DNA of 64,000 bases from Phoronis australis (lineage: Eukaryota > Animalia > Phoronida), in assembly GCA_002633005.1 (NCBI GenBank), contig NMRA01000643.1, forward strand, positions 124,001 through 188,000, given 5' to 3'. Below, piece after piece: positions 24,393-37,646 of the stretch. The position numbers and the translations under genes are program-made. The notes beneath the pieces are model-generated. The model had not been told where the DNA came from. It saw only the letters and a program-made list of their open reading frames with translations, and made no database searches. Within the stretch, counting starts at the first letter, position 1. Every line of letters starts with the position of its first letter.

Positions 24393-27300
24393 ATGTTCTT
24401 GCACTTTGTTAGGCACTTTCATCAAGCATCTAAAGAAGCATATGATGTAATAGTTGTTGGCGGCGGCCATGCAGGAACGGAAGCAGCGTGTGCGGCTGCA
24501 CGTATGGGCGCTAACACAGCCCTCATTACGCACAAACTGGAAACCATTGGTAGGCTTACACTCGTCAAGGCCATCTACTACTGTCTACACTATTGAGAGT
24601 TAGACTACAGTTTTCCAGTTCACAGTCTCTGTTGTGACTCTTAGGCTAAAACTAGCATTGGTTCCATGCGCGCACCCAGCTTTTATATGGGGGGGCTCGA
24701 ATCTCTGACAAAATGGACCTTTTGCTAACAAAAAAGCGGGAGGACTAAAAAAAACAGGTCTGTGAACTGTGCGTCCGCGCCTTTTAGAGGATTTTTGTCT
24801 CATTTTATTGGACTTTTTCTCTGAAGCGGACCTTTTTACTGACCCACTTCGCCAAATGGGGGGGGAGGCTCATTCGAGTACCCCCTGGGTGCGCACATGG
24901 GCTATCTTGCATTCGACACTGGTTGGATATAGCAGTCCTTACTACTAGCTCGGGCACCTTTATCAGCGGCTCCACGTCAATCATCATACTATAAATATAT
25001 ATCGGCTGTCAAGATAGCCAGCCAGCTAGCTGTATGAAGACTATCGTCAAAATACAGCTCGATACCACTGTGTGTTGAGCTCCGACAAACCTCGAAATTC
25101 CACACTGGGTAGTTCTGCTCGTCATCTAGCTGTGTAACTTGTATCAACATATAGAGCTAAAGACCGGCAAGGGAGCATGCAAAATCTGGGAGTCAACCAA
25201 CACTCACCTTGTCAGTTACAGCCGTTTAAATAAAAAACAATCTAATAAACATCATTTTCTCGCATACTTTTGTAACAAACAAAAGTATGTCATTGTTTTG
25301 AAAACATTATGCACATGACATGCGCATGCACAATTTCCTAAATTTTTGCGACATCTCTCGAGAGGTGATGACAGATTCACAGCAGCAAAATTTGTTCTGA
25401 AATTCGGTTTGCTGGTGACAAAATTCAAAAAACTTATAATGAATTGACCAGATCTGATAATTTGTTGTGACATATCCGCAGCCTTGTGAAAGAACAACAG
25501 TTGATTGAAGAATCGTCGAAAAAAGAAAATGGCGAAAAGGTGACGCAGTATTTCTTGTTGCCGAAAGTCGACGGTTTTATATCCACAAAGCTATATATTT
25601 AGTATACAGCTTTGCGCCAAGGATACTATCAAGAATGCCCGTGCTACTAGTAACTGTCTCATGGCCTGGCTTAACTGACCAATCAGAACGCAGCATTCTT
25701 GATACACCTTTGTTTCCAAGCTACCATTTTACCCGGGAAACAACATGTTGCAGGGTAAAACTTATTGCTTGTTTGTCAAATTTTCGGAAGGGAGTGGACC
25801 TTTGCAATAGGTCAATTTAGAGAACCAGACATTCTGTACCATTGGATAGTGAATAACGCCTAATATTTGTTATGGTCGATTATTCAGTGGACGAAACTTG
25901 CTCATTAAATTGGTGACTGCAATGTGTGATCAATGCCCTTGCATTCTTTTACGACTACCGTGTAATGCCACTTTGACTCCTAGTGGCAATTTTATTTCTT
26001 CCCATTTTCCTGTGTATCTTTGGAATTCATTGACATATCTTTTGGAAGTTTGACAAGTACCTAGTAGGTTTCTATTAAAAGCGGCATTGGATCCTTCTCG
26101 TTTTCAGGTAGATTTGTAGTGTATGCCTAGTGGTCCTTAGTTTTGAGTGTGTTTTTGTTTTTGGAGTCCATTTCTCTGTTGGCCAAACATAAAACTACTC
26201 CAGGAATCATTATGAAAATTGATATATTTGAGTACATTCTTAGTGAGAAGAGCATGGGTGATAAAGATTTTTGGACAATTGTGACAACTGTGGCACTCCC
26301 TAATGACAGTTCTGCTTTTTTGCATCCACAGTTGTGTTTCCTAGACTCCTGCAGGATCCTTGTGAAATTCGGCAATTGTATTTCTACGAATGTGAGAGTT
26401 AATGACATTGTCTTTTTGACGTATCTGGCTATACTAAGTTTACTAGCATTGCTCGCTTTAGTGGAAATATTTGAAATTTAGTAATTATCTCTTGTATATG
26501 CGATGTGCGCAGTGGGCGTTGCTCTTGTGTGCTTTTGACCCAAATGAGTGAAAGCATCGTGATGCATTTTTAGCAGTAAAACTGGTAGTGACATGTCCAG
26601 CAAGGGAAAATAATATTTAATTTTGTTTTGTTCTTTCTTGAATTCACAAAAAGAAAGATTACGAGGCAAGAATGTGACTGCAACACTCGAATTTCGCTGT
26701 GTTTACCCACAATGCCGTAAACATCAGTCAGGCACATTTGCTGCTTCGTGTTCATGTCACTGGAGTTTCACATGTTATTTGTTGTCTGATTAATCACATA
26801 TTTTTCTCGGTTGCATTACTCTATTCATCCTTCTAATGCCAACAAAGTATTACTGCTATGCTGTTAGCTGCAAACCCGATGTGAAAAAGTTTGATAAACT
26901 GGACAAACACATGTGGGTGCGTGATCTGAAATTCTTCGCCTTCTCAACATCAATGAGAGACACGAAAATGTGGCAGATTTCCAAAATTAGGTCACGCCTT
27001 TCTTATCTCCATTACGAAGGAGAGTTCTGTGGCCATTCTAATCCGAGATGGCCCTATTGTCCAGGAAGAACCCTGCAATCTCTGTTTTCAATATTGATTC
27101 ATTTATCGGCAATTTTATATAATTGCTTCAAAATTGTTTTTCTAGGTGAGATGTCTTGTAATCCATCATTTGGAGGTATCGGGAAAGGACATTTGATGAG
27201 AGAGATTGATGCCTTGGATGGTGTTTGTGCTAGGATTTGTGGTATGTTGAATTTCACCCTGCTCGTGGCGTACACAGGGCCAAAGGCCTACACAGGGCTC

Positions 27301-30300
27301 GTGGCCTACACAGGGCTCAGGGCATACACATGGCTCATGGCCTACACAGGGCCCATGGCCTACACAGGGCCCAAGACCTACACAGGGCTCATAGCGTATA
27401 TAGGGCTCATGGCATACAGAGGGCCCAAGGCCTACACAGGGCTCATGGCCTACACAGGACTCATGGCCTACCCAGGGCCCAAGACCTTCACAGGGCTCAT
27501 GGCCTACACAGGGCCCAAGGCCTACACATGGCTCATGGCCTACACAGGGCCCAAGACCACAAAGCTCATGGCCTACACAGGGCCCAAGACCTACACAGGG
27601 CTCATGGCCTACACAGGGCCCAAGACCTACACAGGGCTCATGGCCTACACAGGGCCCAAGACCACAGGGCTCATGGTCTATACAGGGCCCAAGACCTACA
27701 TAGGGCTCATGGCCTACACAGGGCCCAAGACCTACACAGGGCTCGTGGCCTACACAGGGCCCAAGATCACACGACTGCACTTTACTTGAAATTTACTAAT
27801 AGTGTAGCAAAGAGCTCATTATTTTAAGTGACTTATTATTATTGAAATGACATGGGCAAGAAATCCATTTTGAGATGGCTAAAAGGCAGGGCCCTCACCT
27901 GAAGCCGACAAAATAGCAGGTACCTTTAGGGGGCCCCATCAGAAGGCAGCCAAAAAGTGGGGTCTCGTATATTAATATAGGTGCCCCGCTTCTGAGACTC
28001 AAAATTGAATTTTTGTGTATGTCATTTTCTTATGAATATGTCATTTTGACTTATCCTTGTAATAAAATGACATTGACAAGAAATCCATTTTGGGGCTTCC
28101 TATATTGATATTGGGAATTCCACCTTATCGCGATCAAAAAGCTGGGCCTGTTGTATCAATATATAGGGCCCCACCTCAGGGCAGACAAAAACGAAGTCTA
28201 TATTTATTGTACATCGTAGGCTTTGCCTACTCATACATAAATACATAAATTCAAACATATATTCACAGTATTTACATGGAGAGCAGTTCTCTTAAAGCCA
28301 TAGCCTTCTGAATACACAATGCAAGGCGCTGGATACTGTCATGAATATGTTCATGTAGGATGTCCCACTTCTTAAATGAATTTTGCTTAATGTCATTTTA
28401 GTAACAATAAGTCATTTGAAATAAATAAGTTGTCCGCATTAAATTTCAAAGTTTACTGGAAGCGTGTCACACAACTGGTTTATTCTCTGATAAAGGTTTG
28501 TGGTCACTTTCCTGATCTATCATGAGGGGAGAAAAGTCTTTTGAGCAAATGTGATGATCTGGGCCCACTAAACAAGTTAGGAGGTGGTTTGAGAACACTG
28601 AACAACTAGTCACATGATCTGGACTCGCTGAAAAGCTTGCAAGGTGATCTGACCCACTGAACAACTAGACCCCTCTTGTGTTGGTTTTCTAACAGTTTTG
28701 CCTTGAAAGTGTCAATTCACCTTTCAGTCGACTGCATGAAAGGCGTTTTGTCCAAGCTTTAAGAACAATCTGGGGGGTTTTTCATGCTACTGAGACTTTT
28801 GATGTATAAGGCATTTTTGATTTTTTTTGTGGACTCTGGCGACTATGCTGCCTTGGCAACAAAAAGTAACCCAGTGTGCCAAGAAAATAATGACCAGTTC
28901 CTTCTTCTTGTACCTAGAAATCATTTCCTAAGTCTGTGTAAAGAACTAGATGAGAGCGATTTTATAAAGTTACCTGTAAGTGACCTAAATCGTAAATTTT
29001 TGACAATGGATACATGCCCCTTTAAAACATCTACCATTGACTGTTTAATATTGTTTTGTTTGCTTTAGATCTTTCAGGAGTGCAGTACAAAGTGCTAAAC
29101 AAAAGAAAGGGACCAGCTGTGTGGGTGAGTACGTTTCAGTTCATTAACAGCAGTTTGTGGTCTCTATACTTTTGATAATCCAAAATACTGGTGGTAATTT
29201 TGAGGACACAAGCATGTTTTGGTTCCACTGCAACAGTTTGTGGTCACTTTACTTTTGATAATCCAAAATACTGGCAGTAATTATGTGGACAAGCATTTTA
29301 AGTATTCTGTAAATTCAAGTTAAGAGTTGTTGATTTAGGATTTTTAGGACAAAGCTCTTCGATTGAGGTCATCAACTTTGACTTGCCTACCGTGTGCCTA
29401 ATGGCTAATGAATTAATATGAGCATTCTGTGAATATTCTGTGATTTCCCAGCTTTGGCTGAACCTTGGCCTTAAGAGTACTATGCCATAAAACTAGTTGG
29501 TTATATCTCTAACTTGAAGTGAATGAGTAGATGCTGCAGAAAAAACACTTTTCATCAGTTTATAATTTATATGTCCTAAATAATCACTTTACAGTGTCAA
29601 ATTCCTCTTCATATCACTTACGTCTAATTTGGAAGCACTTTCTCTTCAGTGCTCTTGCCATCTAAAATAACACCGCTGGCATGTTCTTTAACGGTTATGC
29701 ACGCATTTTTCCTTAGAAAATCACAATTATCTCCCTTGCGACTTTGTAGATCCACCTGTAATTGAACACACGGCCATGATTCATTAACGTTACAGACGAC
29801 ATGTATGGTCATTAGGGAGCCTTTAGTGTGTGTTGTTATTCATATTGTGTCGCTATTCACATTTCAGGGTCCCAGAGCACAGATTGACCGCAAGCTGTAC
29901 AAGGAAAACCTTCAAAAAGAGGTGTTCTCCACTGCCAATCTGACTGTGCAAGCTGCTCCGGTCGAGGACCTGATTATGGAGGAAGTGTATCAGCCAGACA
30001 CTGATAATGTGAAGCAGCAGTGCTGTGGGGTAGTGTTAGGTATTATACAAAGTTTATTTTGCTTGCTGTACTCGCCCCAATTAACCCCTGGAAGTTAAAA
30101 TTGAGTAACCCAAATATCATTAGGTGTGAGTTAAGACAAGCATGTGCTTAATATGGAATTTTTTTTAAAAGAAACAAGGTTGGTGTTTACGACCGATTTA
30201 GGTTACATCCCAGGTTGTAGCACAAATGTCTTCTATTTTTAATGCAACAGCCAATTGAAATAAAACCTTGATTAAATATAAATGATGCTTTGTCTGTCAC

Positions 30301-33300
30301 AAATAAGCTAATTGTTTGCATTTTTTCACTAAGACGTGGGCAGCCCCTAAAGAATCAAAACATCTGACTGTTCAAGTTCAGGTTGGTGTGTTACAGAACA
30401 TGAGAGTTAAAAACTGAAAAGTTTTAAAATTTGGGGTTGACAGTTGATATTGGCAGCTTTCCAGTTCAGTCCTATATTTGTGAGCTCACTAACACAGTGA
30501 AACGAGTTGTGATTACAATTTCTTGCTTAAAAGTGGCGACATCACTTGTGACAACCCTCTCTTGGTCACTTGCAGGTAATGGCAAACGTGTGCTTGGCAA
30601 AACAGTCATCTTAACAACAGGCACATTTCTTAGAGCGAACATCAACATTGGCTTAAAAGTGACACCTGCAGGTAGAATAGGTGATGATCCCGCAGTGGGC
30701 CTGGCCAAAACCATTGAAGCAGCGGGCTTCACTATGGGACGATTAAAAACAGGTAATTCATTAATTAACATTAAATACTAGTCTAGGTCATTAAATAAGG
30801 TAATTCTACAATTAACATTAGATACGGGCCTATGTCATTAAAATCAGGTAATTCATTAATTGAGATAGGGTACAGGTTTGGGTCATTAAAAACAAGTAAT
30901 TCATTAATTAACTTTAATCACTGGTCCTGGTCAGGGCTGTTCCAGCAAAAAATGTATGGGAGGGGAAAGGCACTTTTATTTCGTACCCACCACTCATATT
31001 TTTCGTTTATTTCTCCAACCCATGACCCATAAATTTTTAAATAATAAGTTAAAATATAAAATCCAACACTTGCAAACAAATTGCCTCCAGGATGACCTGT
31101 TAAGAACTTAGATGATCGACAGACAAGAACTAGTTGTCTTGTCCAATATTGTCAAAAACTGAAGTAGCCAAGAGGGTGGTCGAATCAAAACAACAAGGCT
31201 TGGAATTTTCCGCGGAAATGCGGATTTCCGCTTTTTTCAAATGTTCTGTCGGCGTATTGTATTATATTTCCGCGTAAAAAAATCGGATTTGATATAAAAT
31301 TTCCGTGGCAAATTTCTTTCTTACCGCCGCGTTGCCGATGACTTTCACCTCGAAAAGCGGAAGTTGCTGTTTATGTTTCGGAGGAATGTAAATTGTCAAC
31401 ATTGCCGGGGCATCTGGGATAGCGTGGTGGATTTCCTCAATGGCGGCTCGTGTGATTGTAAACCGCGGTGACAAATCCTACGACTCTGCAGCCAAAAATG
31501 TTAGGAGGTGGGAGTGGCGGACGAGCTAAGACAGACGCAGACGCACGCTTCCGGAGGTGGTACCGTTTTTCTTTTTTTCTTCTTTTTTTAGTCCTCTCGA
31601 TTTTTGTCAGCAAAGGGTCCGCGCGCATGTTTCGGGCCGTAAAAATTTCTGCGTTTTTTTGCCATTGGTCATTCCAAGCCCTGAAACAAAAATGACTTCT
31701 GCCAACACATCCATCCCTGCTATGTATTTTTGTGCCAAATTTCCAGTTGTGCCTAGTACTTTTTGAGATAATCAACCTGTCTTGTCAAAAACTAAAATCC
31801 CTGCTACAGTAGTCAAATCTGTCCAAAAATCGACTGGTGCCAGCGCATACCAGCCACCTATCTCCATCCCAAATGTCATCAAGATCCGTCAAGCAATTTC
31901 ACAGTAACTGGCGGTGCTGGTGCATCATCGTCGATTACCTCTATATCAAATTTGATCATGATCCGCCAAGCGGACAAAAAATGATACTGAAAGATGGACC
32001 CATAATTTTTAATCAGGTTGAAATATAAAACACAAGTTTTTCAGATAATCAACCTGTCTTGTCAAAAACTAAAATGGCCAACAGGGGGGCTATGGTAGCC
32101 AAATCTCTCCGAAAATCTATTGGTGCTGGTACATGGCAGCCGTCTATCTCTGCCAAATGTCATCGTGATCCGTTTATAAGCGGTTTTAAGATAATCGACG
32201 GAGAAGTAATGACTTGAACAGTTGAAAACTTAACGGGGTGCCACAGTAGTTGAATCCAGTGGCTAAAAATTAACTGGTGCAGGGACGTTCCTGCGATATA
32301 CTTTTATTTCAAATTTCATCGTTTCATCGTGATCAGTGAAGCAGTTTTTGAGATAATCAACATACAAGGAAAGGCTTGTCGAAAACTAAAGCAGCCAACA
32401 TGGGTTACCAAGGTTGCCAAATCTGCTTGGAAATCGACTGGTGCAGGCGCATCCTTGCTAAGTACCTCTATACCAAATTTCATCATGATCCGCCAAGCGG
32501 TTCTTGAGATAATTGATGGACAAGAAATGATAATGACAGACGGACCGACCACAAAGTGTTTGTGGGTGCAGAAAAATTCATGTGAGATCACAACTCATAT
32601 CACTTACCATAAACTTGCTTTTCGAAGACACTTGTGAGCAATACTTTTGATAGCCACCTGGTGTGTCTGCTCACCATTTTTCTCTGTAATTTCAATAAGA
32701 TTTTTTCAATTTCATGGATCTATGAATCTCAAACTGTCTCCACAAATGCTTTTAGACTGCTATGTCAAGTGAATATTTTGCTGGAACAGCCCTCATTAAA
32801 AACAAGTAATTCTGGGTCATTAATTAACGTTAAAGGTCGTAATACTGGTCTTAGCTAGTATGGTGCTGAGTTGGAGTTTAATGCACATGCAATGGATTAA
32901 CAAGGCTTGGCAGGGCAATTCTTAAGTCTGAATATAGAAAACTATCAACATGTTGTCAGTTGCAGTTCTGTCATACGATAAGATGTGAAGTTATGTTTGC
33001 ATTAAATTGTTTAAGACCGTCTCAGCTATGACCGGATTTACAGCCATTACTGTTATTTTCTTTAATGCAAGCAAATGCTCTACTCTCTGAGCTACCAACT
33101 GCAGGTACTATATGATTATGCTGATTTGAATCATGTTATTCAGATAGGTTTATTTGGTGAATTAGGAATAAGGATTTCCGAAGCTATTCGCTTTTAGGCT
33201 GTCATCAAAGTTTTAACATTTTAGCTGTCAATTATGTTTATCTATTAGGTTTTATGTAAATCGTCTTGGTCTTCATCAGAGCATAACTTTAAACAGATCC

Positions 33301-36111
33301 ATTAAACTTCCTGAGTACTATTATGAAATAGGCCTGGTAGTCAACAGCTTTCTAAATAGTTAAGGTTCTGTAGGACCTTAGAAAATTGTCTAAATTCGAC
33401 TAAAATCTTATCTAAGGAATTGTTGATCATGTTCATGAAACTTCAAATATTATGCGTTGTGCATTGTTCTCCAAAATGTTGATAGATTGTTTTTAAAATG
33501 TCCGTCTTTTTGAATGAAAGGCTGTGAAAAATAGGACTTTGTCTTGTTTCTGAAAAAATCAAAAAGTTGCATAAACGTAAACATAATTTTGTAAACTATA
33601 GCAGTGCTTTTTGAAATTGCATCTTGAACACTTATATCAAATGAAATTCAGTCATGTTGTTACTTTTGTTTTGCAATGAATATTCTTTTTTGCTTCATTT
33701 TACGAAGACACGGTCACATGACCCAGTTATTGGAGGTTAGTGTAAAGTCGAAAAATCAAATTCTAAGCTTCTTACTTTCAGAAAATATACACGTTAGTGA
33801 GTTAAAATCTATAGTTCTGTTGGCATTTGGTAAGGTCCATTGACTTAAAAGATGCCTGTTTGCCAGCTACAGTTACAGTGGCTGGCATTGATGGTGAGGG
33901 ACGATACATCAACTGTCTGGGAAACGGGCAAACTGCGACCAACCTGGATACCTTACTTTAAATATTTTGTGCGCCATCTTCAAACTAACAACCTGCGTAA
34001 TTGTATGCTCTAGTTTTGCTAAAAAGTTTACAAATTCCGTCGACATTTCGTGTGTCTGAGTTGTATTTGTTGCAAAAACTGAGAAAAAAAATAATGGTAA
34101 GACATTTGGAACATGGTAAAAATATTTTACTTTGAAATGTCAGTGTTTCATTCACCAAAAAAGTTCTTGTTTATGCTTTTTGAAAACTATTTTTAATTCT
34201 TGACTTGTATAATTTCGACGATGCACTTGTTGATGCATTGGTTTCTTCTCGTCGAAGGTACGCCTCCAAGACTTGCCAAGAGTACAATTGACTTCAGCAA
34301 GACCCAGATTCACTATGGTGACAACCCTCCTGTACCTTTCTCGTTCATGAATGACACAGTGTGGTTAAAGGTATGGCTCACCGTTCTCTTCTGCATCAAT
34401 GTAATTTTTGGTCATGTCCTCTCACCCTTCTTAGTGCCCATGATTTCCACTTACCGGGTTTATGAAATCGTTACCTTCATTAAACACCTTATGTTAATTT
34501 GTTTCTGTCTTCATAAAACTTGAAGCAGAATCGTTGGTGTATGTCAACCATTCTCTCACAGTATCGTGACATCTGTATGTAAACAAAGGACTAGTCGCTG
34601 GCGTTCTCACTCTTCAGTTATGGAGCACTCACGCGTACATTGTCTTCTTGAGCTATCTGGGAATGATGTCATCGGACAAGATAATTTAGAGCATCGATGT
34701 TTACTACTGTAAACACTGGTGATCAGCTGTTGCATTAGTAAAATGAGGTTCCTCTTTTGGGAATACAGGTTAACAAATCATACATTTCTGGTTGTTGAAC
34801 TTTTAATTGCTAGTACTGCATTTCACGAGAAAGAGAAGGAAGTCGATTTTCTTTGTGAATATTTGTTAGTGCCACTGTTCTGATTGTGACTTTTGAAGAT
34901 TTCAGTTGTACGTAAGTGTAGTTTGGTTATCTTTAGAACAAAGTGTGTTCGCACAACTTGACGACGACAACTGATTAACATTTTGTCAGTCTGTGATTTC
35001 GGGTGTCGCAATGAGCCAGTTGGTCATCAAAATGTCAAAAATGGGTGTTTGTCAGCTCTGTATAATTGTGCTGTGCTGAATGGCGCTTTTTGTGTTTCAA
35101 AGGTATTGTCTTGAAAAAGCTATAATGACGAACACTCAATGGTGCAGTCGTTAAAATGACAAAATAATTTTCATGCATGGAAAAAAACTCATTTACAAAT
35201 TTACAGAAAGTCCTAGAAATTTCATGAGACTAATATAAAATCTCTCCTGCTTTTTTGAATCGTGTCTCAAGTTTGTGCATTTAATTATTACTCTAGTGCT
35301 TTTTGTGGGAAGAATTAGTCATGGAAAGTGATAATTGTGTAATGGAAAACTCATGGGAAATGAAATGAAAATACTAGTTTGATCCATGCAAGTGGACTAT
35401 GTCCAGTCACCATGACGACCTTTCTCCTCTCACACGGTTCCTGTTTTAATGACAGGGAATCCTTTCTGATCCCTAGGTACAGCCTGTCTCAAAACTTAAA
35501 TGTTTTCAAGTCTGCATGTCATGGGCATAGTTACCAGATATCCTGCAATGCCCGCGTATTCCATACAATTCTATAGGATCCAAGAATTTTCAACATGTCA
35601 TGTGAATTTTATCTTAGTCAAATAAATGCCACCCCACTGCAGTGCATAATTATGCCTTCGCGTAGACAAGTTTAACTGCCTTTGGTGCCTTATCAAAGGG
35701 TTTGGTGTATACCAGCCAAAATTCTTACTAAACCACTGCATATACATACTTGCACACTTCTAATAACTAACTGTACAAAGCAACATAACTGGCTGGATAT
35801 TACTGTAATATGTATTGTAATGCCAGGGGGGTTAAATTGAGAAAGGTGAAAATCACTTGAGCAGTTGAAAGTAAAAGACTGTATAAAACATTTGGGGGTG
35901 TTTTATTCTATATAGATGTTGACTTGTATCAGTGTAGTGTTGCACTTTTAAAATGAGTTGTTGCTTTGTCTCTCATTTCCTACTATGCTTTCTGTTAGCC
36001 TGAAGATCAACTACCATGCCACATGACCTACACAAGCCTGGATGTGGAGAAGGTCGTACGAGATGGCCTACACTTGAACAGGCATGTTAAGGAAGAAACA
36101 GCGGCCCCCAG
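24393..36111 (+). CDS. MTO1: Mitochondrial tRNA wobble-uridine modification protein MTO1 (GidA/MnmG family), exons 1-7; 3' part not found in window
   Basis: Exons 24393-24549, 27146-27241, 29069-29124, 29868-30039, 30576-30752, 34258-34370 and 35999-36111 are all GT-AG with consistent phases. Motifs: [87 protein letters not shown]...PR. An alternative in-frame ATG lies at 24345. Confidence 0.95.
24665..24899. mobile_element. MITE of the same family as 14736-15003, in MTO1 intron 1
   Basis: CATGCGCGCACCCAG...CTGGGTGCGCACATG with a shared internal acaaaaaagcggg..ggactaaaaaa...cccacttcgccaaatggggg. Confidence 0.75.
25013..25625 (+). mobile_element. Interspersed repeat, inverted partner of 22724-23497, in MTO1 intron 1
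   Basis: Reverse-complement similarity over about 600 bp; ends in the hairpin cacaaagctatatatttagtatacagctttg. Confidence 0.75.
26690..27030 (+). mobile_element. Degenerate DNA-transposon fragment carrying a THAP-like N-terminal coding remnant
   Basis: A second copy lies inverted at about 41116-41470. Translation from 26836, [12 protein letters not shown]...LKFFAFS...RDTKMW, resembles the start of a THAP domain (CxxxxC...FxFP...W), but the C-terminal CxxHF is absent. Confidence 0.55.
27265..27770. repeat. GC-rich 18-bp-unit minisatellite at the start of MTO1 intron 2
   Basis: Alternating variants GGCCTACACAGGGCTCAT and GGCCTACACAGGGCCCAA(GA). Confidence 0.95.
30735..30933 (+). repeat. 47-48-bp degenerate tandem repeat derived from the MTO1 exon 5 end and splice donor
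   Basis: cattaaaaaca(g/a)gtaattcattaattaac units with donor-like positions at about 30753, 30800, 30848 and 30896; a fifth unit resumes at 32793 after a transposon. Confidence 0.8.
30934..32792. mobile_element. 1.86-kb non-autonomous PIF/Harbinger-type element with perfect 17-bp TIRs and a TCA target-site duplication
   Basis: TCA|GGGCTGTTCCAGCAAAA ... TTTTGCTGGAACAGCCC|TCA. No transposase ORF; internal degenerate repeats (ccaaatttcatcatgatccg...gagataatc). Confidence 0.85.
31194..31683. mobile_element. hAT-like MITE nested in the Harbinger-type element
   Basis: CAAGGCTTGGAAT...ATTCCAAGCCCTG termini with AAACAA on both flanks. The same end (ggtcattccaagccctg) recurs at about 59127-59143. Confidence 0.6.
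33360..33848. mobile_element. TTAA-bounded (Kolobok-like) non-autonomous element in MTO1 intron 5
   Basis: TTAAGGTTCTGTAGGACCTTA...TAAGGTCCATTGACTTAA imperfect TIRs; similar to 3005-3520. A related end occurs at about 40101. Confidence 0.55.
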
Positions 36112-36924
36112 GTGAGTTAGGAATAGGAATTTCAGTTGGGTTCAAGTACAAATGGTGCTCATTAGATTCCACTCTGTTTTGTGTTATGCATGTATTTGTG
36201 TGTGTTTTTGCGCAATAGGTATGGCTATTTGACTCCTACTTTGTGTTGTGGAGGTGGTGCTGCTGCTGGTGGTGGTGGTGGCTCCGGTGTAAGGTTCCAG
36301 TTTTCACTATACTTTTGTCACGGTGCTGACATTGTGTGAACAAATGCAGTGGTGTCATTTTGTTACTTTGACCAAGTTACACCCAAGCGTCATGTCCTAT
36401 GTTTCCTGATGTCTAAAGCAAAAGCAATTGGTAGGCGAATGTCAATTAATTGGGTGGTGCTAGTGAGACAACGATCCTACCTGTATAAATACATGCATTC
36501 AGGTGGTACCCTCAGCCCACAGACATTCCCCCTTGATGATGAATTGCTTTCTGCTCTCATTCTGTTCACATGTTTAAAATGGCCCACCACCTAGTTACTG
36601 AGTCGCTCACTGTCCCTGCACAATGTCACTTTCATATAAGTATCACTTAGAATCTTGGGCACCTGCCTTCCGACTTCTTATCAACAACTGCCACCTTGTT
36701 GCTGTTTTGAGGAGTCAACAGTGACATTTAAACGGAACATACAGAGCAAGGCAAAAGTAATCACTCGGACAAAATACCATTTCCCTGTCATGACGTTAAC
36801 AGCAAAACTGACAGGTAATAACGTTTAAGCCAACACAATTCAAAATGGTTCCTGTTAATTCCCTTTTATTGTTGGTCGTGAGGGGAGACAACTCTTACAA
36901 TGAATTCGCCTTGTGCCCAGCCGT

Positions 36925-37086
36925 CCTGGGCCCGGTNAAACTGAGTACGTGCTCGAAATTTCGAGTACAGATTTTTCGAGTATGACATTGAATACACCAA
37001 AGCTGAGTCTGTACTCGAGTTGAGTATGAAGTGTGAGTTTGAGCATGATTCGAGTCTGAGTACAGAGATTGGAGACCGGGCCCTGG
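36925..37086. mobile_element. Short MITE with GGGCCCGGT termini (contains an assembly N at 36937)
   Basis: ctGGGCCCGGT...ACCGGGCCCtg with a CTCGAG-rich interior. Confidence 0.5.
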
Positions 37087-37574
37087 TGAAGAATTTGGGG
37101 TCATTTTCCCTAAATAATTTGGCTTGTGCCGTAAGTCCCTACAGTCTGCTTTGTTAACCATTCTATGTTTTTGTAGTACGTCATTCAGTGAACAGTGAAG
37201 TGATGAATAGATTGTGGACAAGGGTTGTCTCCTAATTCAAAATTTAAGTGCCGAGAATTGGCTGCTAGAAGTGCAAGATGAAGCCCATGCACTGTAGCAT
37301 CTATTTAAAGTGTCTATAATTAGTTTTCTGTCTAACAAACTTTTGATTTAGACAACTTGTTGCTTGCTCAGATTAGAAGTGATTTCTGACAGTTTTTATT
37401 TATTTGTAAATTAAAAAAAACAATCGTTGGCGGTCTGGTACGCATTGTACCAGACGTACACAGACCGTGCATGTGGGCCCATTGTACTGATCACCTGGCA
37501 CCATTTTTATCTTTTATTAAATTGTTAAAACTGTGCTGAGGAGCTGGAGACCTGACTCAAAGGTCTGACCGTGT

Positions 37575-37646
37575 GCCCCAGTGGGACTCGAACTCACTAC
37601 CTTGAGTAGAGGAAGTGGACACTTTTCACGCTAGGTCACACTGCCT
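37575..37646 (-). mobile_element. tRNA-derived SINE-like head (Pol III A/B boxes)
   Basis: The minus strand reads ggcagtgTGACCTAGCGTGaaaag...gtgaGTTCGAGTCCCactggggca, an A-box-like and B-box pair at tRNA spacing without a convincing cloverleaf. Confidence 0.5.

Noticed and set aside
27166-27827. Long repetitive ORFs in three frames (YTGPK/YTGLM, HRAHGL, CVGHEP repeats)
   Set aside because: By-product of an 18-bp stop-free intronic minisatellite; MTO1 splices out at 27241.
37575-37646. Possible tRNA gene
   Set aside because: A and B boxes are present but no convincing D or anticodon arms; treated as a SINE head.
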